Shown piece by piece: positions 24,036 to 32,000 of a stretch of 32,000 nt of DNA. The position numbers and the translations under genes were made by a program. Position 1 is the first letter of the stretch. Each line of letters starts with the position of its first letter. The stretch lies in contig NC_010628.1 of NCBI RefSeq assembly GCF_000020025.1, positions 5,100,001 to 5,132,000 of the forward strand, in the 5' to 3' direction. This DNA is from Nostoc punctiforme PCC 73102. GTDB taxonomy: Bacteria > Cyanobacteriota > Cyanobacteriia > Cyanobacteriales > Nostocaceae. The notes below the pieces were generated by a model, which saw only the letters and a list, made by a program, of their open reading frames with translations, ran no database searches and was not told the origin of the DNA.

Positions 24036-24716
24036 ATGAACTTAAATGACTTAGCAGCCAATGTGCTGCAACAACAACGCAGTACCCCAGATTTAATTGC
24101 CGATGCTTTGCGGGAAGCGATTCTGCGGGGCATTTTTCAGGAAGGACAATCTCTAAGACAGGATGAAATCGCCACTCAGTTTGGAGTTAGTCGTATTCCC
24201 GTGCGTGAAGCGCTCAAGCAGCTAGAAGCAGAAGGATTGGTGACACTGCATCTAAATCGTGGTGCGATCGTATCGGTGTTGACAGCACAAGAGGCGCAAG
24301 AAATTTGTGAAATTCGCAGCGCTTTGGAAGTGAAAGCGATGCAATTAGCAATACCCAAGTTCAGGGAAACGGATATAGAAAAAGCTGCTGTGATTCTGGA
24401 AGCGACAGATCAAGCAACTGATGCAGGTATGTTAGCAAAACTTAACTGGGAATTTCATGCGACGCTGTACGCCACTGCTGAACGTCCCCGGTTGTTGGGG
24501 ATGATTAAAACTTTACACGTTAATTGCGATCGCTATGTTCGCGTACAATTAACGCAGATGGATTACCAAGAGCGATCGCAAAAAGAACACTATCAACTCT
24601 TAGATGCTTGTCAAAAGCAGGATACAAAAACTGCTGTCAGGTTACTGAAACGACACATTGACACCGCAGGAGAACAGCTAATTGCATACTTGCAGCAAAT
24701 TGCTCAGAAACGCTGA
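24036..24716 (+). CDS. GntR-family transcriptional regulator, FadR/FCD subfamily
   Basis: The winged-helix motif is LRQDEIATQFGVSRIPVREALKQLEAEGLVTLHLNRGAIV, followed by a helical FCD-like C-terminal domain. The start is at ATG 24036 (MNLNDL); the upstream TTG at 23991 lies inside the palindrome. Confidence 0.85.
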   Translation: MNLNDLAANVLQQQRSTPDLIADALREAILRGIFQEGQSLRQDEIATQFGVSRIPVREALKQLEAEGLVTLHLNRGAIVSVLTAQEAQEICEIRSALEVKAMQLAIPKFRETDIEKAAVILEATDQATDAGMLAKLNWEFHATLYATAERPRLLGMIKTLHVNCDRYVRVQLTQMDYQERSQKEHYQLLDACQKQDTKTAVRLLKRHIDTAGEQLIAYLQQIAQKR

Positions 24717-24806
24717 TTATTTAATGATCTACTAGAACAGACTAAACGGGAAATTTCCACTATTCTGTTCAACAAACCTCTTCCTCCCTTGAACTAAGGT
24801 TCAACC

Positions 24807-25250
24807 ATGAAAAAACTGATCCAACGGATTAAAAGATTGCTGCAACGTATCTTCAAGAGGTTTGCATCCAATTTTCAGCAGACATTGCCCTTAATAAATT
24901 CTCGCCCTTTAGAAACTTCTATTCCCAGTGTTCCTCCCCGATGGGAGTCTGGTTTGGTGCTTGTGTGTTCACAATGTGGAAACGAGCGCTCAAATAGTTT
25001 TCATCCAACTAGCAAAAGCTCAACAGCTTCCGAAGACCTAGAGAATTGGTTAAAATCTCGTTTAAAATTTGATGGATTATGGGGTGAATTTCGGGTAGTT
25101 AGTACCAGTTGTTTAGGAGTTTGTCCAAAATCTGGCATTACTGTCGTTATTGTAAGTAATCGAAGTGGCGGTAATAGTCCATGCTTAATTATAGATCCTC
25201 GGAGCGATCGCGAACTTCTTTACTCATACATCAAACAGAATAAAAAGTAA
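24807..25250 (+). CDS. putative thioredoxin-like [2Fe-2S] ferredoxin-domain protein
   Basis: Cys pairs VCSQCG and SCLGVCP flank a beta-alpha-beta-like core. The N-terminus is basic. The assignment comes from motif spacing only. Confidence 0.5.
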   Translation: MKKLIQRIKRLLQRIFKRFASNFQQTLPLINSRPLETSIPSVPPRWESGLVLVCSQCGNERSNSFHPTSKSSTASEDLENWLKSRLKFDGLWGEFRVVSTSCLGVCPKSGITVVIVSNRSGGNSPCLIIDPRSDRELLYSYIKQNKK

Positions 25251-25275
25251 AAAGTAAAGGTACTTTTTACTTTTT
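25242..25275. terminator. bidirectional rho-independent terminator between convergent genes
   Basis: aaaaagtaaaaagta (25242-25256), loop aagg, then tactttttacttttt (25261-25275), followed by atttttg. The A-run and T-run allow function on both strands. Confidence 0.7.
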
Positions 25276-25300
25276 ATTTTTGCCTTATCGCTGTAAAAAA

Positions 25301-25963
25301 TTATTTATTGAAACCAGACATTTTTGGTCTTACAAATGTAGCTGAGGAATTACTGCTTCGGGCATTAGCATTTGAGGAATTAACTGTCGGTGAACTAAGA
25401 TTCAAGAAATCGATGAGTTTGAGAGTACGTTTACGAATTTTCCAGCGCCCATTTATGTTGACAACTTGATCTTCATAGGTGCCATTGGCAACATCAATGC
25501 TAGTTTCCGAACGCTTGTGAGTCGCATGGAGATAAGAGGTCATCATTGCTTTATTATTCTCAATTGAAATGTTGATCGTACCCATCAAATGTTGGGTAGC
25601 TGTATAACCATTTCCTTGGAATACTGAATAGACAAAATCTGCCCAAGCATCTGTCCCATAATTTGTTTGAGTTGTCCCATCAGGAAAAATGGCAGTCAGG
25701 ACTGCATCTTGAGTAAAACAATCCCGATAAATATTTTTTCCCTCAAGGAGATTTCCTCTACCAATAGCATCAGTTCCCAGTGCGTAACAGGATGTTAGTT
25801 TTTGAATTTCTAATTCTGCGTTAGGTTGAGTTGCACTTGCTAATTCAAACCTACCTCCAATAAACAGCACAAGAATAACTGCAAGGACAATCAATGTAAT
25901 CTGATTGAACAAAAACGAGATGGCCTTTGGAACTATTCGCCCACCTTCTCTTCTTTTTTCCAC
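25301..25963 (-). CDS. membrane-anchored SnoaL-like / NTF2-fold protein
   Basis: GTG start and an N-terminal TM (ITLIVLAVILVLFIGG). The SnoaL_4-like core is LTSCYALGTDAIG...YRDCFTQDAVL...TATQHLMGT...SYLHATH...GTYEDQVVNINGRWKIRKR. The C-terminal tail is Ser/Asn-rich. Confidence 0.7.
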   Translation of the reverse strand: MEKRREGGRIVPKAISFLFNQITLIVLAVILVLFIGGRFELASATQPNAELEIQKLTSCYALGTDAIGRGNLLEGKNIYRDCFTQDAVLTAIFPDGTTQTNYGTDAWADFVYSVFQGNGYTATQHLMGTINISIENNKAMMTSYLHATHKRSETSIDVANGTYEDQVVNINGRWKIRKRTLKLIDFLNLSSPTVNSSNANARSSNSSATFVRPKMSGFNK

Positions 25964-26129
25964 AGTATAACCACCTTAATTTTTACAATTTTCGCATCTT
26001 ATAACTTCCTGTAAACTCAATTTACGGCTGATATGTTAGCTGATAAAAACTAGACTAAAGTTCTTGCATATTTAGTTAGAGTTTATTTTTATATCAGTTA
26101 GTAAATGAGAAAGATAGTACAAGATTTGA

Positions 26130-26139
26130 TGTATACAAT
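26130..26139. promoter_or_regulatory. third copy of the TGTATACAAT core, upstream of the SnoaL-like gene
   Basis: An exact 10-mer match to both cores of the 23991-24034 operator, 167 bp upstream of the 25963 start. It is a single site without the flanking ATATCCAA arm. Confidence 0.3.
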
Positions 26140-26312
26140 TAGTTATTATGATAGCAGGCACTACGTAAAGTTTTAAGTGCCAAATTAGACTAATTTTGTA
26201 TTGATTTGGTTAAGTAATGATGTTACCAGTTGCATAGTTTTTAACAGCAAGATAACCTTTACTTTAGCAAGCTTTAAAAATAGGATGTAATGAATTATTC
26301 CTGACAAACAAA

Positions 26313-26341
26313 ATACCCGAATTATCAAATAATTCGAGTAT
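26313..26341 (-). terminator. rho-independent terminator candidate of the second dual-kinase gene
   Basis: cgaattat (26318-25) and ataattcg (26329-36) form a perfect stem with a 3-nt loop. The stem extends by 4 more pairs after one mismatch. On the minus strand it is followed by tttgtttg. Confidence 0.6.
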
Positions 26342-26385
26342 CGGTTGCTATAGCTTTGCTAATCTATCTCTATCATGAGAGATTA

Positions 26386-29300
26386 TTATCCCAGAACGGG
26401 AATAGAAATTATAAATCCTGTTCCTTGTCCCAAAACTGATTCACAAATCAAACTTCCACCATGATTTTCTATTATAATTTGGCGACTAATAGATAATCCT
26501 AATCCCGTACCTTTTCCTACGCATTTGGTTGTAAATAGATTTTCAAAGATACAAGCTTTAACTTCTTCTGACATTCCTTTAGCATTATCTTGAATCTTAA
26601 TTATCAGATTATTATTCTCTTCTATCTTGGTTAAGATAGTAATAATATTTGGATAGTTTTCTTGAACTTCCATAAAACTACGGCCGATATTTGCTTCTTC
26701 TAAAGCATCAATTGCATTTGCAATAATATTCATAAATACCTGATTTAATTGTCCTAAATAGCATTTCACTAATGGAATATTTCCATACTCCTTAATGACT
26801 TGAATCGCTGGACGGTTATGATCGGCTTTCAAACGATGCTGTAAAATCAACAAAGTACTATCAATACCTTCATGGATATTAGCTAATACTTTAGAGGTAG
26901 TATCGGCGCGTGAAAAAGTACGGAGAGAAGTACTAATATTGCGAATGCGCTGTGTTCCTACCGTCATACCATCAATCATTTTGGGTAAATCTTTTAGCAG
27001 GAAATCTATATCTATTTCTTCGGCTTTTTCTTCAATCTCAGCACCAGGATTCGGGAACTTTTCTCGGTATAGTTGCAGATAGTCTATTAAATCATGAACA
27101 GTATCTTTTGCTTGGGCGATACTACCTGTAATAAAACCAACTGGATTGTTGATTTCATGTGCTACGCCTGCAACTAAATTTCCCAAAGAAGACATTTTTT
27201 CACTTTGAATAAGTTGTAATTGTGCCTCTTGTAAATCTTTGATTGACTGTTCTAATTCTCTAGATTTGTCTTGTTCTCTTGTGTACAAGCGGGCATTTTG
27301 TATGGCAATAGCCATTTGAGAAACCAAGACTTTTAATACCTCTATTCTCTCTGTAACAAAAGCTCCTGATGACAACTGATTTTCTAAATAAATAATTCCT
27401 GTAAGCTGTGATTGGTAAATTATGGGCAAGCAAAAGATTGATTTTATTTTAGATTCCTGAATATAAATATCAAGGTTAAATGGTTCTGTAATTATTGCAT
27501 CATTCAATACAAGATATTGCTGGGTGCGAAAAACGTAATTAATCACAGAGAGTGGTAAATCTTGATAGGTCTCAACAGGAATAGAGTGTAAAACTATTGC
27601 TACATTGTCGATAGCATTTCCAGAAGCTTCGATATATAGTTGATTATCTTTAAGTAGGAGTAGTACTGCTTTTTGAGCCGCAGCATTTTCTAGTAAAATT
27701 TTGATTAGCTTGCTCAACAAATTCTCTAAAACAATTTCATTGGTAATCGCTTGCGAAAACTTGATGAATGTATTAAAGTCTAAAAAATCGCTTAAACTAC
27801 TACTATTACTAGTTGTGGTAGTGGTGAGATGAATTGTATCTATTTTGGAAGTAGTAATTTCTACAGTAGTAGTTTGTCCTACTAGAAAAGCATACTTCGA
27901 TTCTAAGTATTTAACTTTAGCGATCGCACCCCAACGAATATAGGCATAATAAGCTTTAGTGATATAGGTTTGATGAATTAACTCTTTACCTAGAGATTGA
28001 TAAAATTTTCCTGCTAACTCATAGCCTAAAGCTTCTTCTTGGAGAAAACCATTCTCTTGAGATTTGGCAATAGAATTTTCATAGTAGTCCATTGCTTCGA
28101 GCTTTTGACCCAAAATCCGATACCGTTCTGCCTCCACGAGATAAAATCTATGTAAGTGATTCGTGGGAGCGTGAGTAGCCCAGAGTTCCATTTTTTGCTG
28201 GTTAGCTTGGACTTTTTCTAGAATAGCTTGCCTCTCCGACTCTTTAGCAGTATGATGTATAGCCAAGTGTGCTAAAGAATCGTAAAAATAGAACAGTGGA
28301 ACAACAAACAGCCCTGTGACACCACCTAAAGATTTTTCTGCGATCGCAGCATTTTCTACAGCTTTAAAATACTCCCCAAATATGTAAGAGAGCATTAGTT
28401 TATTGACAAATAAATGATTAATTGTGTAAAGATCATTTACTTGCTGATGAATTGGCAGCATACTTTGCTCGTCGTAAGCTTGGCCAATTAAACAGTCTAC
28501 ATTTTCAAAACTTCCTTTCAAGTTCAGGACTGTTTGCAAATATACTGAGTTCCAAGTGAAAGCTACTTGTTGCTTGATTTTCTTCAGCGAATCACAGTAA
28601 GCTATCAGTTCTTTTTCTAGAACCCAAAGTTCCTTACCTAGCCAAAATGAATGATAGGGATAAATGTAACCACAATAGCCAGCATATTCTAAATCTCCAG
28701 TTTCTAGACCACTAGCATATCCAGACATTGATGATGTTAATGTCTCCCTAACATGCTCTTTCCAGTGCATAACATGAGCGCTAACAACCGTCAGAATCTT
28801 AGCTTTGAGTTCTTCAGCATTAAATTGTGACACCAAACTAGAAGCTAATTTACCAAATTCATAGCCAGAATTAATTTCTCCTTGAACTCCACAAAGAAGT
28901 AAGCCATAAAGACTATAACCATACCCGGATACAGCCGTATTGCCATAGTTTAAGGACAAATTGACCATTTTACAGACAATAATTGGCATCATTGCAGGAG
29001 CCGTTTGAAAAGCCGCAGGAAGAACTCCCATTAAGATTCTCATAGCTGCAATCTTGTTAGGATCAGACATTAATGGTAAGTTAATTAAATCTGCTATGGC
29101 TTTACCTTTCAAAGAAACAGCAATTTCATCCATCCCCTGCTGAATATCAGTTGATGTCGGTTCATCTGGAAAACTTATTCCTAACAATTTTAGAATTGAT
29201 ACTGCTATCTGAATGGCTTCCAGTTGTTTGCTTTGAATGATAGAAGCGATAATCTGTACTTCATAGACTTTCACTTTATCTAGAAGAATTTTGGCTTCTT

Positions 29301-31809
29301 GCTGCACCACCTCAGCCCATTGCTGCATCTGCTCAAAATTACCGCCCAGATAGGCTGCTTCTGCGGCTCCTTCATATAGTCCTATGGTTAAGGTATATTC
29401 AGTTTGCCAAGCGTCTATACTTAAAAGTTCTATCCCATTTGTAAAGTACTTAAGCGCAGCTTCATAAGCTGTAGAAGCTTTAGCTTTTCGGCCTGCAATT
29501 AAGTTTAATCGTGCCAATTCAGTTTTATCAAATTGTTCTATTAGGTTAACAATACCTACATTCAACTGATTAACTATATCAAAAATATTAGCTTCTATTT
29601 CCTCTTTTGGAATATTTTGTAGAAGCAATTGTCCAATTTTTAAGTGAGTAGATTTCTTGAGTTCTTCTGGGATCAGCGAATATGCTGCTTGTTGTACTCT
29701 ATCATGTAAGAACTTGTAACCAACTCGTGAAGTGTCGAAATTTAAATTAACCGCTTCTTCTTGATTAAAAACTAAAGGAATACGGTAAGCTTCACTTAAA
29801 GGTAGAATTAATCCCGCTTGCAAAGCTGAGTGTAAATCATTGGCTGTCAAAGAAGCTGATTTTTCATTGACTATCGATAAAACATCAAGACTAAATCTGT
29901 CACCCACACAAGCTGCTAATTTTAAAACATCTTGGGTAGATTTTGGTAGTTTCTCAACTCGACTGGCAACTAGCTCAACTACGTTTTTGTCGGTAATTCC
30001 AATTGCTTGAATATCCTTTAAATTCCATTGCCATTGAGCCTTAATAAAGTCAAACTTCAAAAGTTTTTCTTGATGAAGTGCCTGAATAAGTTGTGTGAGA
30101 AAAAATGGATTTCCACCTGTTTTATTAGAAACTAATTCAGCTAGTTGGATAGTTCTATTGCTAAAAGTGCTGTATTCGGAATCACGATTAACATCTGCTT
30201 CTTGTAAAGTTTCTGCAACTAGCTGAGTCACATTCTCTAAATTTAAAGGTTGCAATATAATATTATTAACAACTGTGCCAGTATTCTTAATTTCTTCTAT
30301 TATTTGAATTAAAGGATATGCTGTATTAACTTCATTATCTCTATATGCACCAATGAATAATAGATGTTTGCTGTCAGTATCAGTTACAAGTAGTTGAATT
30401 AGATTCAATGTGGCTGAATCTGCCCATTGCAAATCATCTAAAAATATGACTAAGGGGTGTTGTTTTTGGGTAAAAACTTGGATAAATTCTTTAAAAACTC
30501 GATTGAAGCGGTTTTGTGATTCTGTTGCACCAATTTGGGCAACGTCTGGCTGTATACCAATAATTAATTCTACTTCTGGAATTACGTCAGTAATAACTTT
30601 ACCATTTGTTCCTAAAGCTGATAATATTTTTTCACGCCAGCTTTCTATTTTTTCATTATTCTCTGTCAGTAAATACCGCATTAAATAAGCAAAAGCTTGA
30701 ATTAAAGAAGCATAAGGTATATTTCGTTTTAATTGGTCAAATTTACCAGAAATAAAGTAACCTTGTCTGCGAGTAATGGGTTTATTAACTTCGTTAACTA
30801 AAACTGATTTACCAATACCTGAATAACCAGAAACTAGCATCATCTCACTAGTTCCAGATGTAACGCGTTCAAATGCAGCTAGCAGTTCATTAACTTGGCT
30901 TTCACGACCATATAATTTTTGAGGAATTAATAGCTGGCTTAAGACATCTAAACGACCTGGAACAAAATCAGTAATTATACCCTGAGATTTAAACTGGTTA
31001 AGACATAACTCTAAGTCTGCTAATAATCCTGTAGTACTTTGATATCTGTCTTCAGCATTTTTCGCCATCAACTTCAGCACAATTTCTGAGATGGCGTTAG
31101 GAATTGTTGGATTTAATAACTGTGGATTTATCGGTTGAACAGCAATATGGCTATAAACTAGTTCTAAGGGATCTTGACTAAAAAATGGTGTTTTCTCGGT
31201 GAGCATTTCATATAAAGTCACGCCAAGAGAATAAAAGTCAGTGCGATAATCAAGAATACGATTCATTCTCCCCGTTTGTTCAGGAGACATGTAGGCAAGT
31301 GTGCCTTCAACGCAGTTAGGATTATTAAATTGGGGATTTTCCTTATTGAGGCGGGTGGCTATACCAAAGTCAGTGAGTTTAACAATACCTGTCTGGGAGT
31401 TAACAATTATGTTGCTAGGCTTGATATCTTTATGAATAATCTGGTGTTTATGTAAATAATCTAGAGCTTTAGTCAGTTGAATAGCAATATTTAAATGGTT
31501 AATTAAGTCAAGTTTTTCTGTCTGAAGAATTTGGGCTAAAGATTGACCACCAAAGTCTTCTAACAACAGTCCCACACGATTAGCAAAGGTTTCTAGACTA
31601 ATGGCTTTAACTATGTTGGGATGTTCTAAACCTTGCTGAATTTGATACTCATTTTTCAGGCGAGTAAAGGCTTCAAGGGTAGGATATTCATTTTTAAGCA
31701 ACTTGAGGATAACTCGCTGTTGCGTTTTTGGCATTTGTGTTTGATAAATAATTGTTTGGATTCCTTCGTGGAGAGTTGAGTTGATTGGGTATCCAGTACG
31801 ATTTGGCAT
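26386..31809 (-). CDS. second HstK-type dual kinase with the same domain order (Ser/Thr kinase, AAA_16/STAND-like NTPase, TPR-like region, GAF, histidine kinase)
   Basis: 1807-aa uninterrupted ORF, colinear with 8061-13493. Motifs are HKDIKPSNII, DFG, SPEQTGR, Walker A GYSGIGKS (30805-30828), Walker B LVIFLDDLQWAD, H-box VAGVAHEINNP (His codon 27157-27159), NIIANAIDA, DNAKGM and GKGTGLGL. Confidence 0.9.
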   Translation of the reverse strand: MPNRTGYPINSTLHEGIQTIIYQTQMPKTQQRVILKLLKNEYPTLEAFTRLKNEYQIQQGLEHPNIVKAISLETFANRVGLLLEDFGGQSLAQILQTEKLDLINHLNIAIQLTKALDYLHKHQIIHKDIKPSNIIVNSQTGIVKLTDFGIATRLNKENPQFNNPNCVEGTLAYMSPEQTGRMNRILDYRTDFYSLGVTLYEMLTEKTPFFSQDPLELVYSHIAVQPINPQLLNPTIPNAISEIVLKLMAKNAEDRYQSTTGLLADLELCLNQFKSQGIITDFVPGRLDVLSQLLIPQKLYGRESQVNELLAAFERVTSGTSEMMLVSGYSGIGKSVLVNEVNKPITRRQGYFISGKFDQLKRNIPYASLIQAFAYLMRYLLTENNEKIESWREKILSALGTNGKVITDVIPEVELIIGIQPDVAQIGATESQNRFNRVFKEFIQVFTQKQHPLVIFLDDLQWADSATLNLIQLLVTDTDSKHLLFIGAYRDNEVNTAYPLIQIIEEIKNTGTVVNNIILQPLNLENVTQLVAETLQEADVNRDSEYSTFSNRTIQLAELVSNKTGGNPFFLTQLIQALHQEKLLKFDFIKAQWQWNLKDIQAIGITDKNVVELVASRVEKLPKSTQDVLKLAACVGDRFSLDVLSIVNEKSASLTANDLHSALQAGLILPLSEAYRIPLVFNQEEAVNLNFDTSRVGYKFLHDRVQQAAYSLIPEELKKSTHLKIGQLLLQNIPKEEIEANIFDIVNQLNVGIVNLIEQFDKTELARLNLIAGRKAKASTAYEAALKYFTNGIELLSIDAWQTEYTLTIGLYEGAAEAAYLGGNFEQMQQWAEVVQQEAKILLDKVKVYEVQIIASIIQSKQLEAIQIAVSILKLLGISFPDEPTSTDIQQGMDEIAVSLKGKAIADLINLPLMSDPNKIAAMRILMGVLPAAFQTAPAMMPIIVCKMVNLSLNYGNTAVSGYGYSLYGLLLCGVQGEINSGYEFGKLASSLVSQFNAEELKAKILTVVSAHVMHWKEHVRETLTSSMSGYASGLETGDLEYAGYCGYIYPYHSFWLGKELWVLEKELIAYCDSLKKIKQQVAFTWNSVYLQTVLNLKGSFENVDCLIGQAYDEQSMLPIHQQVNDLYTINHLFVNKLMLSYIFGEYFKAVENAAIAEKSLGGVTGLFVVPLFYFYDSLAHLAIHHTAKESERQAILEKVQANQQKMELWATHAPTNHLHRFYLVEAERYRILGQKLEAMDYYENSIAKSQENGFLQEEALGYELAGKFYQSLGKELIHQTYITKAYYAYIRWGAIAKVKYLESKYAFLVGQTTTVEITTSKIDTIHLTTTTTSNSSSLSDFLDFNTFIKFSQAITNEIVLENLLSKLIKILLENAAAQKAVLLLLKDNQLYIEASGNAIDNVAIVLHSIPVETYQDLPLSVINYVFRTQQYLVLNDAIITEPFNLDIYIQESKIKSIFCLPIIYQSQLTGIIYLENQLSSGAFVTERIEVLKVLVSQMAIAIQNARLYTREQDKSRELEQSIKDLQEAQLQLIQSEKMSSLGNLVAGVAHEINNPVGFITGSIAQAKDTVHDLIDYLQLYREKFPNPGAEIEEKAEEIDIDFLLKDLPKMIDGMTVGTQRIRNISTSLRTFSRADTTSKVLANIHEGIDSTLLILQHRLKADHNRPAIQVIKEYGNIPLVKCYLGQLNQVFMNIIANAIDALEEANIGRSFMEVQENYPNIITILTKIEENNNLIIKIQDNAKGMSEEVKACIFENLFTTKCVGKGTGLGLSISRQIIIENHGGSLICESVLGQGTGFIISIPVLG

Positions 31810-32000
31810 TGATTTTTGCCTATAAACTTACAAAATTAGTACTACCCCCCGTCTTGTCATAAAAGGGGTTCTACTTTAATTATTCCCAGTGGTAGAAAAT
31901 TATTAACATTGTGATTCCGTATTCAAGGGTTATAAATTGAAACGCGATTATTCCCTTGTAACGGAAAAGCTACTCTAACTTTTACGCCAAACGTAGATTA

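Noticed and set aside
8061-31809. Interpreting the two STK-NTPase-TPR proteins as an Avs/NLR-like antiphage defence system
   Set aside because: Only the generic P-loop+TPR logic is shared. There is no nuclease, TIR, sirtuin or other effector domain, and no defence-island neighbours. The output domains are signalling kinases, and the context is housekeeping genes. I keep this only as a structural analogy in the main finding.
26386-31809. Claim that the second kinase gene is markedly more AT-rich than the first
   Set aside because: My spot counts of 60-nt lines gave roughly 36% versus 38% GC with large scatter. The difference is not supportable without a proper calculation, so only the HIP1 count difference is reported.

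Overview
This looks like an ordinary chromosomal segment of a Nostocales-type (heterocyst-forming) cyanobacterium. The evidence is many HIP1 octamers (GCGATCGC), STRR-type heptamer arrays (TT[T/G]GTCA, [C/T]CCCAAT) and cyanobacterial housekeeping genes. I support about 23 CDSs. They include a 2Fe-2S ferredoxin-like protein, citramalate synthase (cimA-like), a CbiG/CobE-like protein, a DUF360 membrane protein, a secreted peptidoglycan-binding protein with a 54-bp tandem repeat, and an M16 peptidase pair (one subunit with HxxEH, one without). They also include purK overlapping a pentapeptide-repeat protein, an exported FAD-dependent oxidoreductase, clpS, a DUF2103-like protein, moaE, a KTSC-domain protein, leuA, a divergent GntR/FCD regulator, a thioredoxin-like ferredoxin-domain protein and a SnoaL-like protein. 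Two giant colinear paralogues (1810 and 1807 aa) have the order Ser/Thr kinase, P-loop (AAA_16/STAND-like) NTPase, TPR-like region, GAF, histidine kinase. I saw no CRISPR array, prophage, transposase, tRNA/rRNA or recognisable defence island. The dual-kinase pair is the best candidate for an uncharacterised system, but the architecture is already known (HstK-type proteins of Anabaena); only its function and partners are unknown. Other points worth a second look: a candidate 6S RNA downstream of purK; a double TGTATACAAT palindromic operator between leuA and the GntR gene, with a third copy upstream of the SnoaL-like gene; small repeats carried in-frame inside cimA, the kinase domain and two N-termini; and a 123-bp MITE-like element with a visible 10-bp target-site duplication. 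All product calls rest on motif recognition by eye, not on database searches.
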